DNA from: Octopus sinensis
Taxonomy: Eukaryota
Reading direction: 5' to 3'
Assembly: GCF_006345805.1 (NCBI RefSeq)
Contig: NC_043003.1
Coordinates: 7,750,001 to 7,814,000, forward strand
DNA: 64,000 nucleotides
The notes under the pieces are model-generated. The model was not told where the DNA came from. It worked only from the letters and a program-made list of their open reading frames with translations, and did not search any database. Below, one piece after another: positions 1-13,154 of the stretch (its first letter is position 1; every line of letters begins with the position of its first letter). Position numbers and translations under genes: made by a program.

Positions 1-40
1 TCATGTATATATATATATATTAGTGAATATTTGGGCATAT

Positions 41-97
41 AAGAGGTCTGATCAATAAGAAACCGGACTGTTGCCATAGTAACCAGACTGTTGCCAT
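41..97 (+). mobile_element. Mariner-type terminal repeat fragment, duplicated with its flank at ~1101-1160
   Basis: AAGAGGTCTGATCAATAAGAAACCGGACTGTTGCCATAGTAAC matches the element ends at 1121 and at 18765 (minus strand). Confidence 0.7.
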
Positions 98-300
98 ATG
101 TATTTAAAGAGATACAGAAATACAAGGGGGAAAGCAGACATACGTGTACATGCATTTATATATGCATGCGTACATAAATGCTCACACACACACACACACA
201 AATATACATGTATGCATGCATGCATATATATACACACATATAGACATATACATATGCATGCATATATAGACACACATACATATATAAACATATATATGTT

Positions 301-345
<45 letters not shown>

Positions 346-377
346 CAGCAGCAGTAGTAGTAGTAGTAGTAGCAGCC

Positions 378-466
<89 letters not shown>
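301..466. repeat. (TAG)n/(CAG)n microsatellite
   Basis: Direct reading. Confidence 0.97.
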
Positions 467-1059
467 ATAGAGGGGTAGAATGAGGAGATGTAGTAGTTAT
501 GGTAACAATGTCTCGCTTCTTTGCTTGTTTGCTTGCTTACATTTTTTGTTTGTTTCGATTTGTTTTGTTTTTGTTTTTGTTTTTACAATCGCCTGCTGCC
601 GCTGTTGCTATTGCGAGTAATTTTCGATAATGGAATTGTTTGATACAGACATTGATGCGATAATATCAAAATTCTGTCAGCATTCCCCTGAACAACCGCC
701 AAACACGTCAAAACTTGGTTACAATAAACACGTGACGAACGACGCCATTGGCGTTTTCATTGTGTGAAATCCCTGAAGAGGAAACACTCGAAGTAACTGC
801 GCATGACTTTATCGCTTCAACGACAGCAATGTGACGAACGTTGTGCATTGTACGCATGCGTGTGAATTTATGTGTGTTTGTAAATGTGTATGATTGTATG
901 CATGCACGCATGTATGTACGCCTATATACGTGTGTGTGCGCGTGCGTATATGTGTATTGTCTACATATACCTCCATATGTATTTAAACATACATAAGCGT
1001 GTGTTGTATGTATATATATATGTATGTATTCATGTATATATATAATATTATATAATATA

Positions 1060-1099
<40 letters not shown>

Positions 1100-1120
1100 G
1101 AGTGCACGTTTGGGTATATA

Positions 1121-1380
1121 AGAGGTCTGTTCAATAAGTAAATGGACTGTTGCCATAGTAACGAAGCTAAAGCACCCAGAATTAAGCCATTTTGGCACAG
1201 ATTGACCTCTACTCTGCATGTGCACTAAGTTTTAACGTTCTACCTCATTTCCGCTGTTTACAGCAGTGTTTGGAAGGAACGTGTGTAGCGTGTGATCGTC
1301 GCAGAGAATCTGCATCAACCTTTGTCAAAAGCTAGGCGATGCCTGATTAGATACCTACGCAAAGTTTTCAAAAAGTTTTC
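1121..1380 (+). mobile_element. Tc1/mariner relic: left terminal repeat plus transposase N-terminus
   Basis: TA followed by AGAGGTCTGTTCAATAAGTAAATGGACTG terminus; 1302-1337 translates QRICINLCQKLG, like the mariner N-terminal QRxCIKFCxKLG motif. Confidence 0.8.
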
Positions 1381-1575
1381 ATTGTTTTCGACACAATCAA
1401 GGAGATTTTGTGCAACTGAAACCCGAGTGTCCTTTTTGGTCAGCTGAAAGCAGTTTTGGCACAAACTTGGCAGACCCACGTCTCATACCCGAATCGTCAG
1501 TGATAATGGACTGAACTGAACCGTAACTAATCTACACATCCTTGGTGATTCGACGATTTCCTCTCACAGGTACAC
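1381..1575 (-). pseudogene. Mariner transposase HTH/linker fragment, inverted relative to the adjacent N-terminal piece
   Basis: Minus strand reads VRGNRRIT...ISYGSVQSIITDDSGMRRGSAKFVPKLLSADQK; FVPKLL corresponds to the mariner WVPHEL motif. Confidence 0.85.
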
Positions 1576-1594
1576 TAGCACATGCACTTTCATT

Positions 1595-1705
1595 TATACA
1601 TACAACATACATACATACATACATACATACATACATACACATATATACATATATATATACATACACACACACGCACACATACACATACACACTTACATAC
1701 ATATA

Positions 1706-1739
<34 letters not shown>

Positions 1740-1995
1740 CATACACATACATACATACATATATACGTACATACATACATACATACATACACATATATAC
1801 ATATATATATACATACACACACACGCACACATACACATACACACTTACATACATATATACATACATACATACATACATACACATATACATACATACAAAC
1901 ATACATACATACATATATACATACACATACATACATACATACGTACATACATACATATATACGTAAATACATACATACAGACAGACAGACATACA

Positions 1996-2029
<34 letters not shown>

Positions 2030-2765
2030 CGTACATACAGACATACATATATACGGAAATACATACGACATATATACGTACATACAACGACAGTACATAC
2101 ATACACATATACAGACATAAAACATACAGACAGACAGAATAACATACAGACATACATACATACAGATATACGGACAGACATACATACAACATACTACATA
2201 CATACATATATACGTACATACAGAATACATACATACAGAACATATACGTACATACATACATACATACATACATACACATACAGACAGATATACATACACA
2301 TACAGACATACAACATATACGTTACATACGGACATACATACATACAGATATACGTACATACATACATACATACAGACAGACACAGACATACAGACCATAC
2401 AGACATACGACAGACATACAGACAGAATACATACAGACAACATATATATACGTACATACGTACATACATACATACTATATACGTACATACATACATACAT
2501 ACATACACACACACACATACATACATTACATACATACATACATACAGACATACATACATACATACATACAGAAATAGAGACGTACATACATACTAGAACA
2601 GACATACATACACATACATTACAACATAGATACATAACAGACATACTCAATACATACAGATATACGTACATACGTACATACATACAACTACATACATACA
2701 GACATATATACATACATACATAGATACGTACATACATACACACACCACACGTACATATCCATACA

Positions 2766-2799
<34 letters not shown>

Positions 2800-2983
2800 C
2801 GTACATACATACATACATACATACATACACATACATACATATATACATACACATACATATATACATACATACATACATACATACATACGTACATACATAC
2901 ATACATATATACATACATACATATATACGTACATACATACACACACACACATACATACATACATACATACATACATACATACA

Positions 2984-3017
<34 letters not shown>

Positions 3018-3053
3018 CGTACATACATACACACACACACATACATACATACA

Positions 3054-3087
<34 letters not shown>

Positions 3088-3167
3088 CGTACATACATAC
3101 ACACACACACATACATACATACATACATACATACATACATACATACATACATACATACATACGTACG

Positions 3168-3201
<34 letters not shown>

Positions 3202-3533
3202 CGTACATACATACATACATACATACATACATACACATACATACATACATATATACATACACATACATATATACATACATACATACATACATACGTACAT
3301 ACATACATACATATATACACACATACATACATATATACGTACATACATACATACATACATACATACATACATACACATACATACATACATATATACATAC
3401 ACATATATATATACATACATACATACACACACACACATACATACATACATACATACATACATACATACATACATACATACATACATAAATACATACAGGC
3501 ATACATACATACATACATACATACATACATACA

Positions 3534-3564
<31 letters not shown>

Positions 3565-3997
3565 CTACATACATATATATACATACATTCATACATACAT
3601 ACATACATACATTCATACATACATACAGGCATACATACATACATACATACATACATACAACATACAGGCATACAGGCATACATCATACATACATACATAC
3701 ATAATACATACATACATACATACATACATACATACATACATGCATGCATGCATACATACATACTTACATACATACATACTACATACATACACATACCCTC
3801 CATACCATACATACATCCATACCGATACATACATACATACATACAACATACATACTACATATCTACATACATATATATACATACATTCATACATACATAC
3901 ATACATACATACATACATTCATACATACATACAGGCATACATACATACATACATAAAGGCATACATATCCATACATACAACATACATACATACATAA

Positions 3998-4037
<40 letters not shown>

Positions 4038-4354
4038 CTACATACATATATATACATACATTCATACATACATCATACATACATTCATACAATACATACA
4101 TGCATACATACATACATACAGGCATACATACATAATACATACATACATACATACATACATACACATACATACACACATACGAAGAACAGACATACATACT
4201 ACATACATACATACATACATACACACATACAACACACATACATACATACATACCTACATACATACATACATACATACATACACAAACATACACAACAACA
4301 TACATACATACATACATATACACCTACACATACATACACACATACATACACACA

Positions 4355-4385
<31 letters not shown>

Positions 4386-4814
4386 CTACATACATACATA
4401 ATACACACATACATACACACATACATACATATATACATACATACATACATACATACATCATACATACATACATCTATCTACATACATATATATACATACA
4501 CACATACATACATACATACATACATACATTCATACATACATACAGGCATACATACATACATACATACATACATACATACATACATACATACATAACTACA
4601 TTCATACATACATACATACATGCATACATACATAATACATACATACATAACATACATACATACATACATACATACACATACATACATACATACATACATA
4701 CATAAATACGTCCATACATACATACATACATACATACATTCATATACATACAGCATACATACAAAATACATACATACCTACAGGCATACATACATACATG
4801 CATACATACATACA

Positions 4815-4846
<32 letters not shown>

Positions 4847-4988
4847 ATACATGCATACATACATACGTACATACATTACAGGCATTACATACATACATAC
4901 ATAACATACCTACATACATACATACATACAGGCATACATACATACATACATACATACATGCATACATACATACATACATACATACATT

Positions 4989-5020
<32 letters not shown>

Positions 5021-5118
5021 CGTACATACATACATACATACAGGCATACATACATACATACATACATACATACATTCATACATACATACATACATACATA
5101 CATACAGGCATACATACA
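1595..5118. repeat. ~3.5 kb (TACA)n/(CATA)n compound microsatellite
   Basis: Continuous ACAT units with recurring variants (ATATACGTAC, ACAGGCAT, CATTCAT); source of all MYVC/HTYI ORFs. Confidence 0.98.
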
Positions 5119-5244
5119 AAAGTATGCTGTTGTTGATGTTGAAATTCCAATGAAGCAAACTTGGATCCAGGTTAGGAACCGGTTCTTTCTCTGTTGGCAA
5201 GAAATCTTGAAATAAACTGAATAATGGCATACATACATACAAAG

Positions 5245-5396
5245 ACGTGGTAAGAAGTTTAACCTCCCAACCTCATTGTTCCAGGTTCAGTTCTAATAGG
5301 TGGTACCTTAGGTATATGTCTCCTCCTACAGACCCAGGCCGACCAAAGTCTTACGAGTGAATTTAGTAAACCGAAACGGAAAGAAGCTCGTCGTGT
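5245..5396 (+). mobile_element. SINE family A, degenerate 5' half
   Basis: Aligns by eye with the head at 31601 (GTGGTAAG...GGTTCAGT...GGCCGACCAAAG...AAGAAGCTCGTCGT). Confidence 0.75.
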
Positions 5397-5420
5397 ACAC
5401 ACACACACACATATATATAT

Positions 5421-5466
<46 letters not shown>

Positions 5467-5467
5467 C

Positions 5468-5738
5468 ATTGGTTAAGAGCGCGGGCTACTAACTCCAAGA
5501 TTCAGAGTTCGATTCCAGGCAGTCACCAGAACAATAATAATAATAATAATAACAACAACAATAACAACAACAACGACAACAACAACAACATCGAAAAATA
5601 CATTAGGAATGAGAGCCCAAGTTCGAAATTTCCCCCAAGGCACCTAATGAAGGCTGGAGGGTATATCAGCCGAAACGTTGTGTTAACAAGATGAGGACAA
5701 ATATCCATCAAATATAAATAATGTAAATAATGCAAATT
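5468..5738 (+). mobile_element. Composite element: tRNA-like head, (AAT)n(AAC)n, tail with minimal hammerhead-like motif
   Basis: TGGTTAAGAGCGCGGGCTACTAA...GAGTTCGATTCC (A/B boxes); tail homologous to 9290-9470; flanked by (TA)n on both sides. Confidence 0.75.
5641..5684 (+). ncRNA. Degenerate minimal type I hammerhead ribozyme motif
   Basis: CAC-CTAATGA-A-GGCTG-10 nt-CAGCC-GAAAC-GTT-GTG; one core change from CUGAUGA; stem II and a 3-bp stem I pair. Confidence 0.6.
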
Positions 5739-5755
5739 ATATATATATATATATA

Positions 5756-6125
5756 CTAGCAGTATCGCCCGGCGTTGCTCAGGTTGTAAGGGAAATAACT
5801 ATAAGCATTTTTAGAGAGTTATAGCAAAAAAATAGCCAAAAAAGGGAAAAAAATTATGGTAAATTTTTTTTGAGAGTTAAAAAAGGTGGAGTTGCGTCCC
5901 CTAGACGGTCTGTGGTTGGGTTTTGATTCTCGACCCCATGTCGAATTTATCGATTTTTTTCAGAACTGGGGGAACTTTTCAAAATTTTCGCTGCGTTAGT
6001 TTTGAATTATGACATTGGGCTATGTGTGTGTCAAGTTTCATCAGAATCGGTTGAAAGCCGTGGTCAGAGTGAGGGTACGAGAAAACAGACACACAGAAAA
6101 CGCACAGACAAACTGCCGTTTATAT

Positions 6126-6128
<3 letters not shown>
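5756..6128 (-). mobile_element. Non-autonomous Helitron
   Basis: Minus strand starts A|TC-TATATAAACGGCAG and ends with a GC hairpin ~11 nt before CTAG|T. Confidence 0.8.
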
Positions 6129-6163
<35 letters not shown>

Positions 6164-7158
6164 AGAATTCACAAGAAAAAACAAAAGACGTAGAAAGGTG
6201 GTGTATACATATATATATATATATATGTAATATATATACGACTGAACTCAAAACCACGAGGTTGCGAGACGAGCTTCTTAACTAAACAGCAACTTGTTTC
6301 GTAAACATATTTAAAAATATAATCTATTCCTCGTTGTTGCTACAGTTTCCTATTTATGAAATAAGACTAAGCCGAGCTGAGAGAGTACAGAGGCTGGGAC
6401 GCAATTCTTCATCCATTCCTCCTCGCAATTATGAATTAAAAGCTCTACCTCGCTGATAAAATATGGTTTAAGGTAGCAACTAGCGAGATTATGCACTGAA
6501 TTAGCTTCTTACAGGAAGTCTCTGGGTAGATAAAAATATAGTATTTCTCTTCGAGATCTTGAGAGATGTATGGGATTGTCAGATAAATTCCTATCTCTCG
6601 TTTTCCTTCTTGGCTTTTTTTTTTCTTTGGCACTCTGTCATATGTCTGAGAAAAGGCAACGTTTATTCAAATTTCAAGAGTTGTAGAGGAATAGAGCTAC
6701 AAAAATATATAACAGATCACTACGATAAAAGTATTTTTCGTGTTAACTCAAATAGCATAGGAGAGTCAAAACTATTGAAAAGGTTGCAAGACGCAACGAA
6801 AATTTTAGGAAAATAAAAAAAAAGAAAAAAGAGGAAATTTTACTGGTGAGTGTGTTATATTATAAGGCACAAAAAGAAAATGACTCTCACCAGACACAAC
6901 AGCATAGGAAAGGATTTTGAAAAACTGGACAGTAAAAGAAAATAACGAACGAATTCATCTGGTAACCCATTATGTGAAGCTTCAGACGTGTCGAGTCTAC
7001 AAAGCAGTTTGGATTTGCAATTAAAAAGATTTCGCTTAGTAAAAGGATAAAAAACACAACACTCCGACCACGTTAAAATGTAGGACCTTTTCGTTCCGAG
7101 GAACTCATTAAATCCCTTCAGGTATTATGCCACGGAACAAGAAGTAAGTTCCCATGAA

Positions 7159-7560
7159 GGCGGCGAGCTGGCAGAAACGTTAGCGCGCCGGGCAAAATGC
7201 TTTGCGGTATTCCGTCTGCCGTTACGTTCTGAATTCAAATTCCGCCGAGGTCGACTTTGCCTTTCATCCTTTCGGGGTCGATAAATTAAGTACCAGTTAC
7301 TCACTGGGGTCGATGTAATCCGTTTGGTAGTCTTTATCCTCTCTGTGTTTAATCCCTTGTGGGTAGTAAAGAAATAGGTATTTCGTCTGCCGTTACGTTC
7401 TGAGTTTAATTTCCACCGAGGTCGACTTTGCCTTTCATCCTTTCGGAGTCGATAAATTAAGTACCAGTTATGCACTGGGGTCGACGTAATCGACTTAATC
7501 CGTTTGTCTGTCCTTGTTTGTCCCCTCTATGTTTAGCCCCTTGTGGGCAATAAAGAAATA
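7159..7560 (+). mobile_element. SINE family C, two tandem units
   Basis: GGCGGCGAGCTGGCAGAAACGTTAGC head, GCCTTTCATCCTTTCGGGGTCGATAAATTAAGTACCAG core twice, tail ...GTGGGCAATAAAGAAATA. Confidence 0.9.
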
Positions 7561-7617
7561 AGAAGTAAGCAAACCAAATCCGAGGCAGAGTTATGTTCTT
7601 GTTTCTCCCAAGTTCGT

Positions 7618-7917
7618 GAAGGTGCGCGTGTCGATCGTAAGGTCGATCGTTCGATTCCTGGCGGCGCGTTGAGTCCTTGAGGAAGACAAGTTATTTCACG
7701 TTGCTCCCGTCCACCCAGTTTTCAAATATGAGTTGTACGTGTAATTCAAAGGGGCCAGCCTGATCACATTCTGTGTCACGCTGAATCTCTCTGAGAATTA
7801 CGTTAAGAGTACGCGCGTCTGTGGAGTACTCAGCCCCTTAAACGTTCATTTCACAGGCAGGCTCTCCGCTCGTCGAACCAACTGAAACATTCATCGTCGT
7901 AACCGACCGAGAGCCAT
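7618..7917 (+). mobile_element. SINE family D (CORE-type, degenerate)
   Basis: GTTCGATTCC B box followed by GTCCTTGAGGAAGAC...TATTTCACGTTGCTCC core-like segment; related head at 53203-53306 on the minus strand. Confidence 0.7.
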
Positions 7918-9100
7918 TCCTTTTTTTATCCTCATTGCAAACGTAAAACTAAAAGCGTTCAGTCGTGACTATCCATATTAACGAATTTAATATTTGTTTA
8001 AGGATGCAGCGGTTTAATCTGTAGAGAATTTGGCAAAGTGTTCAGTGGCCACGCAAAAATCTCTTTCATTTCCCGGTTCAAATGCCAATAATACCGTTGA
8101 AAAGTCATGATTGTCACACCATCTCCACACTTCTCGTCCACTTTGAAAATTTTAGTCTATATTTCTGGCTGATAAATCATTCTTTTGTCTTAAATATGGT
8201 GCACGAAGCAGAACATAAATCCGTATTATGTGCCAACTTAATGAGGGCGTAGGAAAGGTAGAGAAGTAAGAGGGGAGAGGAAAAAGAGAGAAGAGGGCAT
8301 ACGAAAGGAGGCGGAGGGAGAGCGGAAGGAAGGAGGAAGAAGAAGGAAATGAAGAAATATCTATGGTCTCCTACAACGGACGTTGGCCAACGATGGCGAT
8401 TGTAGGCTGATATAAATATATGGCTTTGATTTTCTTGGCCCTATTTCAAGCTTCTGAAATATTTTCCGCCAACGAATAAATTCATCTTAAAGTGCATTGA
8501 ACGCTAGAGTAGAACTAGGCCGCAGTTTTGTTGCTGATGTTGTAATTTAGTTCTTGATCTGCTATGATGCAGCAGGCCTATGATCAAAGGCACTCCAGCC
8601 ATGACCATACCAGGCTATTATTTTTTTTTAGTATGTATGACTTTAAGCTGACAGAAGAGACAGGTGAGGAAACAATAAACGAGGTGTATTAGTTCGACAT
8701 TCCAGAAAATTCTGTTATGTCTGGGAAGAGTCATTTTCTTTTTGTGCCTTATAAGGTAATGAGAAAATGACCCTCCCCAGACACAACAGAATATGCTTCA
8801 ACACACGAACTCATATAGAGAGTTTTGCAAACCAAATCCAAAAACGAAATTCCAGAAAATGAGCAATAAAAAAAAAGTTTATTGTCTGTTACCCAGACAA
8901 ATGGTGCTGTACCAAACTAAATCGAGTACGCCGATTTCGAATCTGAACTCAGAATTGTTGTAGCACATCAGGATTTTGAGTTATGCGCATAATTATATAT
9001 TAATAGTATATTAACATCAGGAATAGTTAATTTCAAGGTAAATATTTACTATAATAGTATATTAATACTGTAAGGCTGCGAGCTGGCAGAAACGTTAGCT

Positions 9101-9173
9101 TGGAATCGAACTCGGAATCTTGGGGTTAGTAGCACGCGCTCTTAACCACTACGCCATATGCCCAATAATAATA

Positions 9174-9222
<49 letters not shown>

Positions 9223-9226
9223 CAAG

Positions 9227-9259
<33 letters not shown>

Positions 9260-9472
9260 AATAATAATAATAATAATAATAACAACAACAACATCGAAAA
9301 ATACCTTAGGAATGAGAATCCAGGTTCAAAATTTCCCCAAGCTACCTGGAGAAGGCTGGAGAGTATATCAGCCGAAACATTGCGTTAACAACAAACAAGA
9401 TGAGGTCAAATATCTGTCGAATGTAAATAATGTAAATAATGTACATAATTTCCTCATCTCTTAACTATAGAA
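9101..9472. mobile_element. Second copy of the tRNA-head/hammerhead-tail composite; head on minus strand, tail on plus strand
   Basis: 9101-9163 is the reverse complement of the 5468 head; 9290-9470 matches the tail, with CTGGAGA-A-GGCTG..CAGCC-GAAAC at 9346-9378. Confidence 0.75.
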
Positions 9473-9505
9473 CTGTATCACGGTGTCTTATCTGATGATC
9501 TAATA

Positions 9506-9797
9506 CATAGGTTCTCAAAGTGGGAGCTACCACCCCCTGGTTGGCGTTGAGAGGGTTCAGGTAGGCGATTGTATCTAAGGGGGCAGTAGGAGAAAGGAGG
9601 ACCCTTATGAATTTATAATATTATTTATGGTAATGTATACAAATTATATAATAATATTAAATATGATTCGTAGTATATATAAATTAGTAACATATAAATT
9701 TTTTATTTATACATAAAAATAGGGGTGGGGCGCTGAGGTTATTATAAGATATTATGTTGCCATGAGAGGTGGGGACCATAAAGTTTGAGAACCTCTG
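9506..9797. mobile_element. hAT-Charlie-type MITE
   Basis: TIRs CATAGGTTCTCAAA / TTTGAGAACCTCTG; 8-bp TSD ATCTAATA (9498-9505) / GTCTAATA (9798-9805), close to the Charlie NTCTAGAN preference. Confidence 0.85.
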
Positions 9798-10094
9798 GTC
9801 TAATACATTTACCAATCTGCTGCTCTGAAATGGCATTTTATTTCGAAAGGATAAAAAACAAAGGTAACCTAAGCTGGATTCGAAGTCACACCACACAGGT
9901 CTCAAACGATCCTATCAGCAAGTCAAATAAACACAACCAATTCTCTCTCTTGGGTAAGGTGACCTGTTTTTAATTAACCCTTTGACTGCTTAATTAACTG
10001 TCATGCTGATTCCTGTAAGGATGTTAATTATACATCAAAACATAGAATTGATATTTTCCGCTTCTTTCGCACGTTTCCAGTGTCTTGCGTTGGT

Positions 10095-10485
10095 ATCCTT
10101 TCTACTAAAGGCACAAGGCCTGAAATTTTGGGGGAAGGGACAAGTCGATTACATCGACCCCAGTACACTACTGGTACTTAATTTATCGACTCCGAAAGGG
10201 TGAAAGACAAAGTCGACCTCGGCGGAATTTGAACTCAGAACGTAAAGACGGACAAAATACCTATTTCTAAATAAGGAGCTAAACATAGAAGGGACTAACA
10301 AGGACAGGCAAACGGATTAAGTCGATTATATTGACCCAGTGTGTAACTGGTACTTATTTAATCAACCCCGAAAGGATGAAAGGCAAAGTCGACCTCGGCG
10401 GAATTTGAACTCAGAATGTAGCAGTAGACGAAATACTGCTCAGCATTTCGCCGGCGTGCTAACGTTTCTGCCAGCTCGCTGCCTT
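10095..10485 (-). mobile_element. SINE family C, two units carrying both tail types
   Basis: Reverse complement of the 7159 head and core; second unit ends ...CCCCCAAAATTTCAGGCCTTGTGCCTTTAGTAGAAAGGAT. Confidence 0.88.
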
Positions 10486-11119
10486 GTCTTCTGTTGGTAT
10501 CGTTTTCATATCCACCATTAAAAGTATTTGATTTTTGCTCTGTAAGAAGATACTTGATGAAATGTGTGAGAATATTAAGAAAATCTGGATGTGAACCTAC
10601 ATTGCAGCAGGGGGCAAAAAGGAGAGCAGGTCCGTCCGACTCACTATTTTACCAGAAACTGTACAAAAAGAAACCTGAACACACTGCTCCAACATGGCCT
10701 CAACCTCTGGCTGAAACCAGTAAAAAGTAAAAGATAAATTGTCTTTCCTAAGTAGTGTCACTGGGGTGGGTCTCCAGGAAAGGTCTTTATCAAAACAGTG
10801 GGATAAAAACATAAAACCGTTTACTGCAGTTAATGGCGATAGAATATTGAGCGATACATCCGCTCTCTGCATTAAAACGTGAGGTTGTTAGTTGAGAAAG
10901 ATTTCGGTTGCTGTTTCTATCAGGTCAAGCGACCGTGTAGAGGTAGATTCCTTGTCTCTGTACTTTGGTTTTCGTGCTTTGTTACAACCAATTCCATCGG
11001 TCACGACACACTTATGAGCATAAGAAAAGAATGACCATCACACCATCGTATTGTCTTGCCCTTATAAACACAAACCATAAGCATTTCTTTTCTAAAAGCA
11101 CAATTTTAATGGTTGCAGC

Positions 11120-11742
11120 CTGGTTGTGTGGTTAAGAGATGCGGTTTCAGGTTCAGTCCCACAGTGCAGCACCTTGGGCAAGTGTTTTCAACTATAGTCG
11201 CAGGTCGACTAATGCAATGGGAATAAATTTGATAAACGGAAACTGTATGGAAGCCCCTGTTGTGTGTGTATGCGTGTGCGCGTGTGCGTGTGTATCTTTG
11301 TATCTGGGTTTATCCATACACATATAGACACACGAACACACACACAAAGACACAACACACAGGCACAAACACACACACACACACACACAAAATCAAACAC
11401 ATACAAACACACGCAAATACACAAACACACGCACAATCACACATGCAAACACACACACAAACACAAACACACACACACACGAGCACACACAAACACACAA
11501 ACACACAAACACACAAACACACACAAGCACACACACACACAAACATGCACACTGTTTGGCAACCACTGTTGGGTTGTTTACGTCCCTGAAATTTAGCCGT
11601 TTGGTACAAGAGATCAACAGAACCAGTACCAGACTTGAAAACTAAACAAAAAATATATACTGGGGGGGGCGATTTGTTCGACTAAGCCCTTCAAGGTGTG
11701 CCTCAGTATGGTCGCACTCCAATGAGTGAAACCAGTAAAAGT
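11120..11742 (+). mobile_element. SINE family A, full length with expanded internal TG/CA microsatellite
   Basis: Head with CCTTGGGCAAGTG core, microsatellite 11260-11550, tail ...CAATGAGTGAAACCAGTAAAAG. Confidence 0.85.
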
Positions 11743-11974
11743 AATTTATATTCAACTCATTAAGATTAATTACAATACTAAAGTGTTGTTGATAAGCGAC
11801 GGATCAGTGTTCCAACCGTGACTAACCTTCCTTTTAGTAAGTATACCTGGAACTATATCGTCCTTTTTAGAACACCACGTTCTGATTTGTTTTGTTTTAT
11901 ATTCTTTTGTCGTGTTTTTGTTTTGATGTATTTTATTTTATTTTTGGGGGGTAACGAAATGATTTTATTCTCTA

Positions 11975-12220
11975 ATTCTTTTACTTGTCTCAGTCATTAA
12001 AGAGAGACCATGCTGGAGCACCGCCTTGAAGAATTTTTCGTTATTTTTTTTCGAAGGAATTGAAACCAATGCTTATTTTTAAGCTTTGTATTTATTCTAT
12101 CGGTCTCTTTAGCCAAAGCGTTAAGTTATGGGGGCGTAAACATGCCAACACCGGTTGTCAAGCGGTGGTGGGGAACAAACACAGACACAAAGACATACAT
12201 ACATACACACACACACACAC

Positions 12221-12264
<44 letters not shown>

Positions 12265-12467
12265 GTGTGTGTATATAAATATATACACATATGTATGTAT
12301 ATATGACAGGCTTCTTTCAGTTTTCGTCTACAGATTCTCCTCACAAGACTTTTTGTTGGATCAAGGCTATAGAAGACAATCTTGTCTAAGGTGTCACGCA
12401 GTGGAACTGAACCCGGAACCGTATGGTTGACAAGCGAACTACTTACCACACAGACACGCCTGCGCCT
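11975..12467 (-). mobile_element. SINE family A, full length
   Basis: Reverse complement of the family A head, internal microsatellite and GGCGGTGCTCCAGCATGG tail. Confidence 0.88.
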
Positions 12468-12509
12468 AAATACACATTCATACATGTGTGTGTGTGTGTA
12501 TGTGTATGA

Positions 12510-12560
<51 letters not shown>

Positions 12561-12561
12561 C

Positions 12562-13154
12562 ATATCTTATAAGCAAGGGCTAAAGAAAGTTTTTCTAAAG
12601 CCAATATACTGAAATCCACATTTAATCTACTTGCTACAGAAAGTTGAACTGAAATTCGGGCAACTATACCTTTGGAACATTTAAATTTCGTTATCTCAAT
12701 ATTGAATCAATTTCGGAATTAACACCATAAGTGTTCGTTCGTCTTCAGTTAAGCTTACGAGAGAATATAAGTGAGATACTCACACGTGCCCCTGGAAAAC
12801 AGCGGAAGCGAATAACACAAGCACATCTGAGTAACCCCGTTATATCCAAAAATAAAGGTTCTTAGGTTCAGTCTCAGAACAACCTGTTGACTTGACGCCG
12901 CTACATATTGTAGTGGTTACAAGTCCCCCTGCAGCAAGCAGTAATTAGTTTACTACTATTAAAAGGGATGAAGACGAGCGAACACTTATGGTGTTAATTC
13001 CGAAATTGATTCAATATTGAAATAACGAAATTTAAATGTTCCAAAGGTACAGTTGCTCGAATTTCAGTTCAACTTTCTGTAGCAAGTAGATTAAACGTGG
13101 ATTTCAGTATATTGGCTTTAGAATAACCTTCTTTAGCCCTTGCTTATAAGATAT
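12562..13154. repeat. Fold-back element: ~186-bp inverted arms around a ~220-bp spacer, in (TA)n
   Basis: 12562-12747 is the near-perfect reverse complement of 12969-13154. Confidence 0.93.

Noticed and set aside
755-800. CTGAAGAG-GAAACA-CTCGAAG hammerhead-like motif
   Set aside because: GAAA core is broken, no convincing stems I or III, and only one copy is seen.
1532-5242. Long MYVC/HTYI ORFs up to 715 aa
   Set aside because: Translations of (TACA)n, which lacks stop codons in most frames; no domain content.
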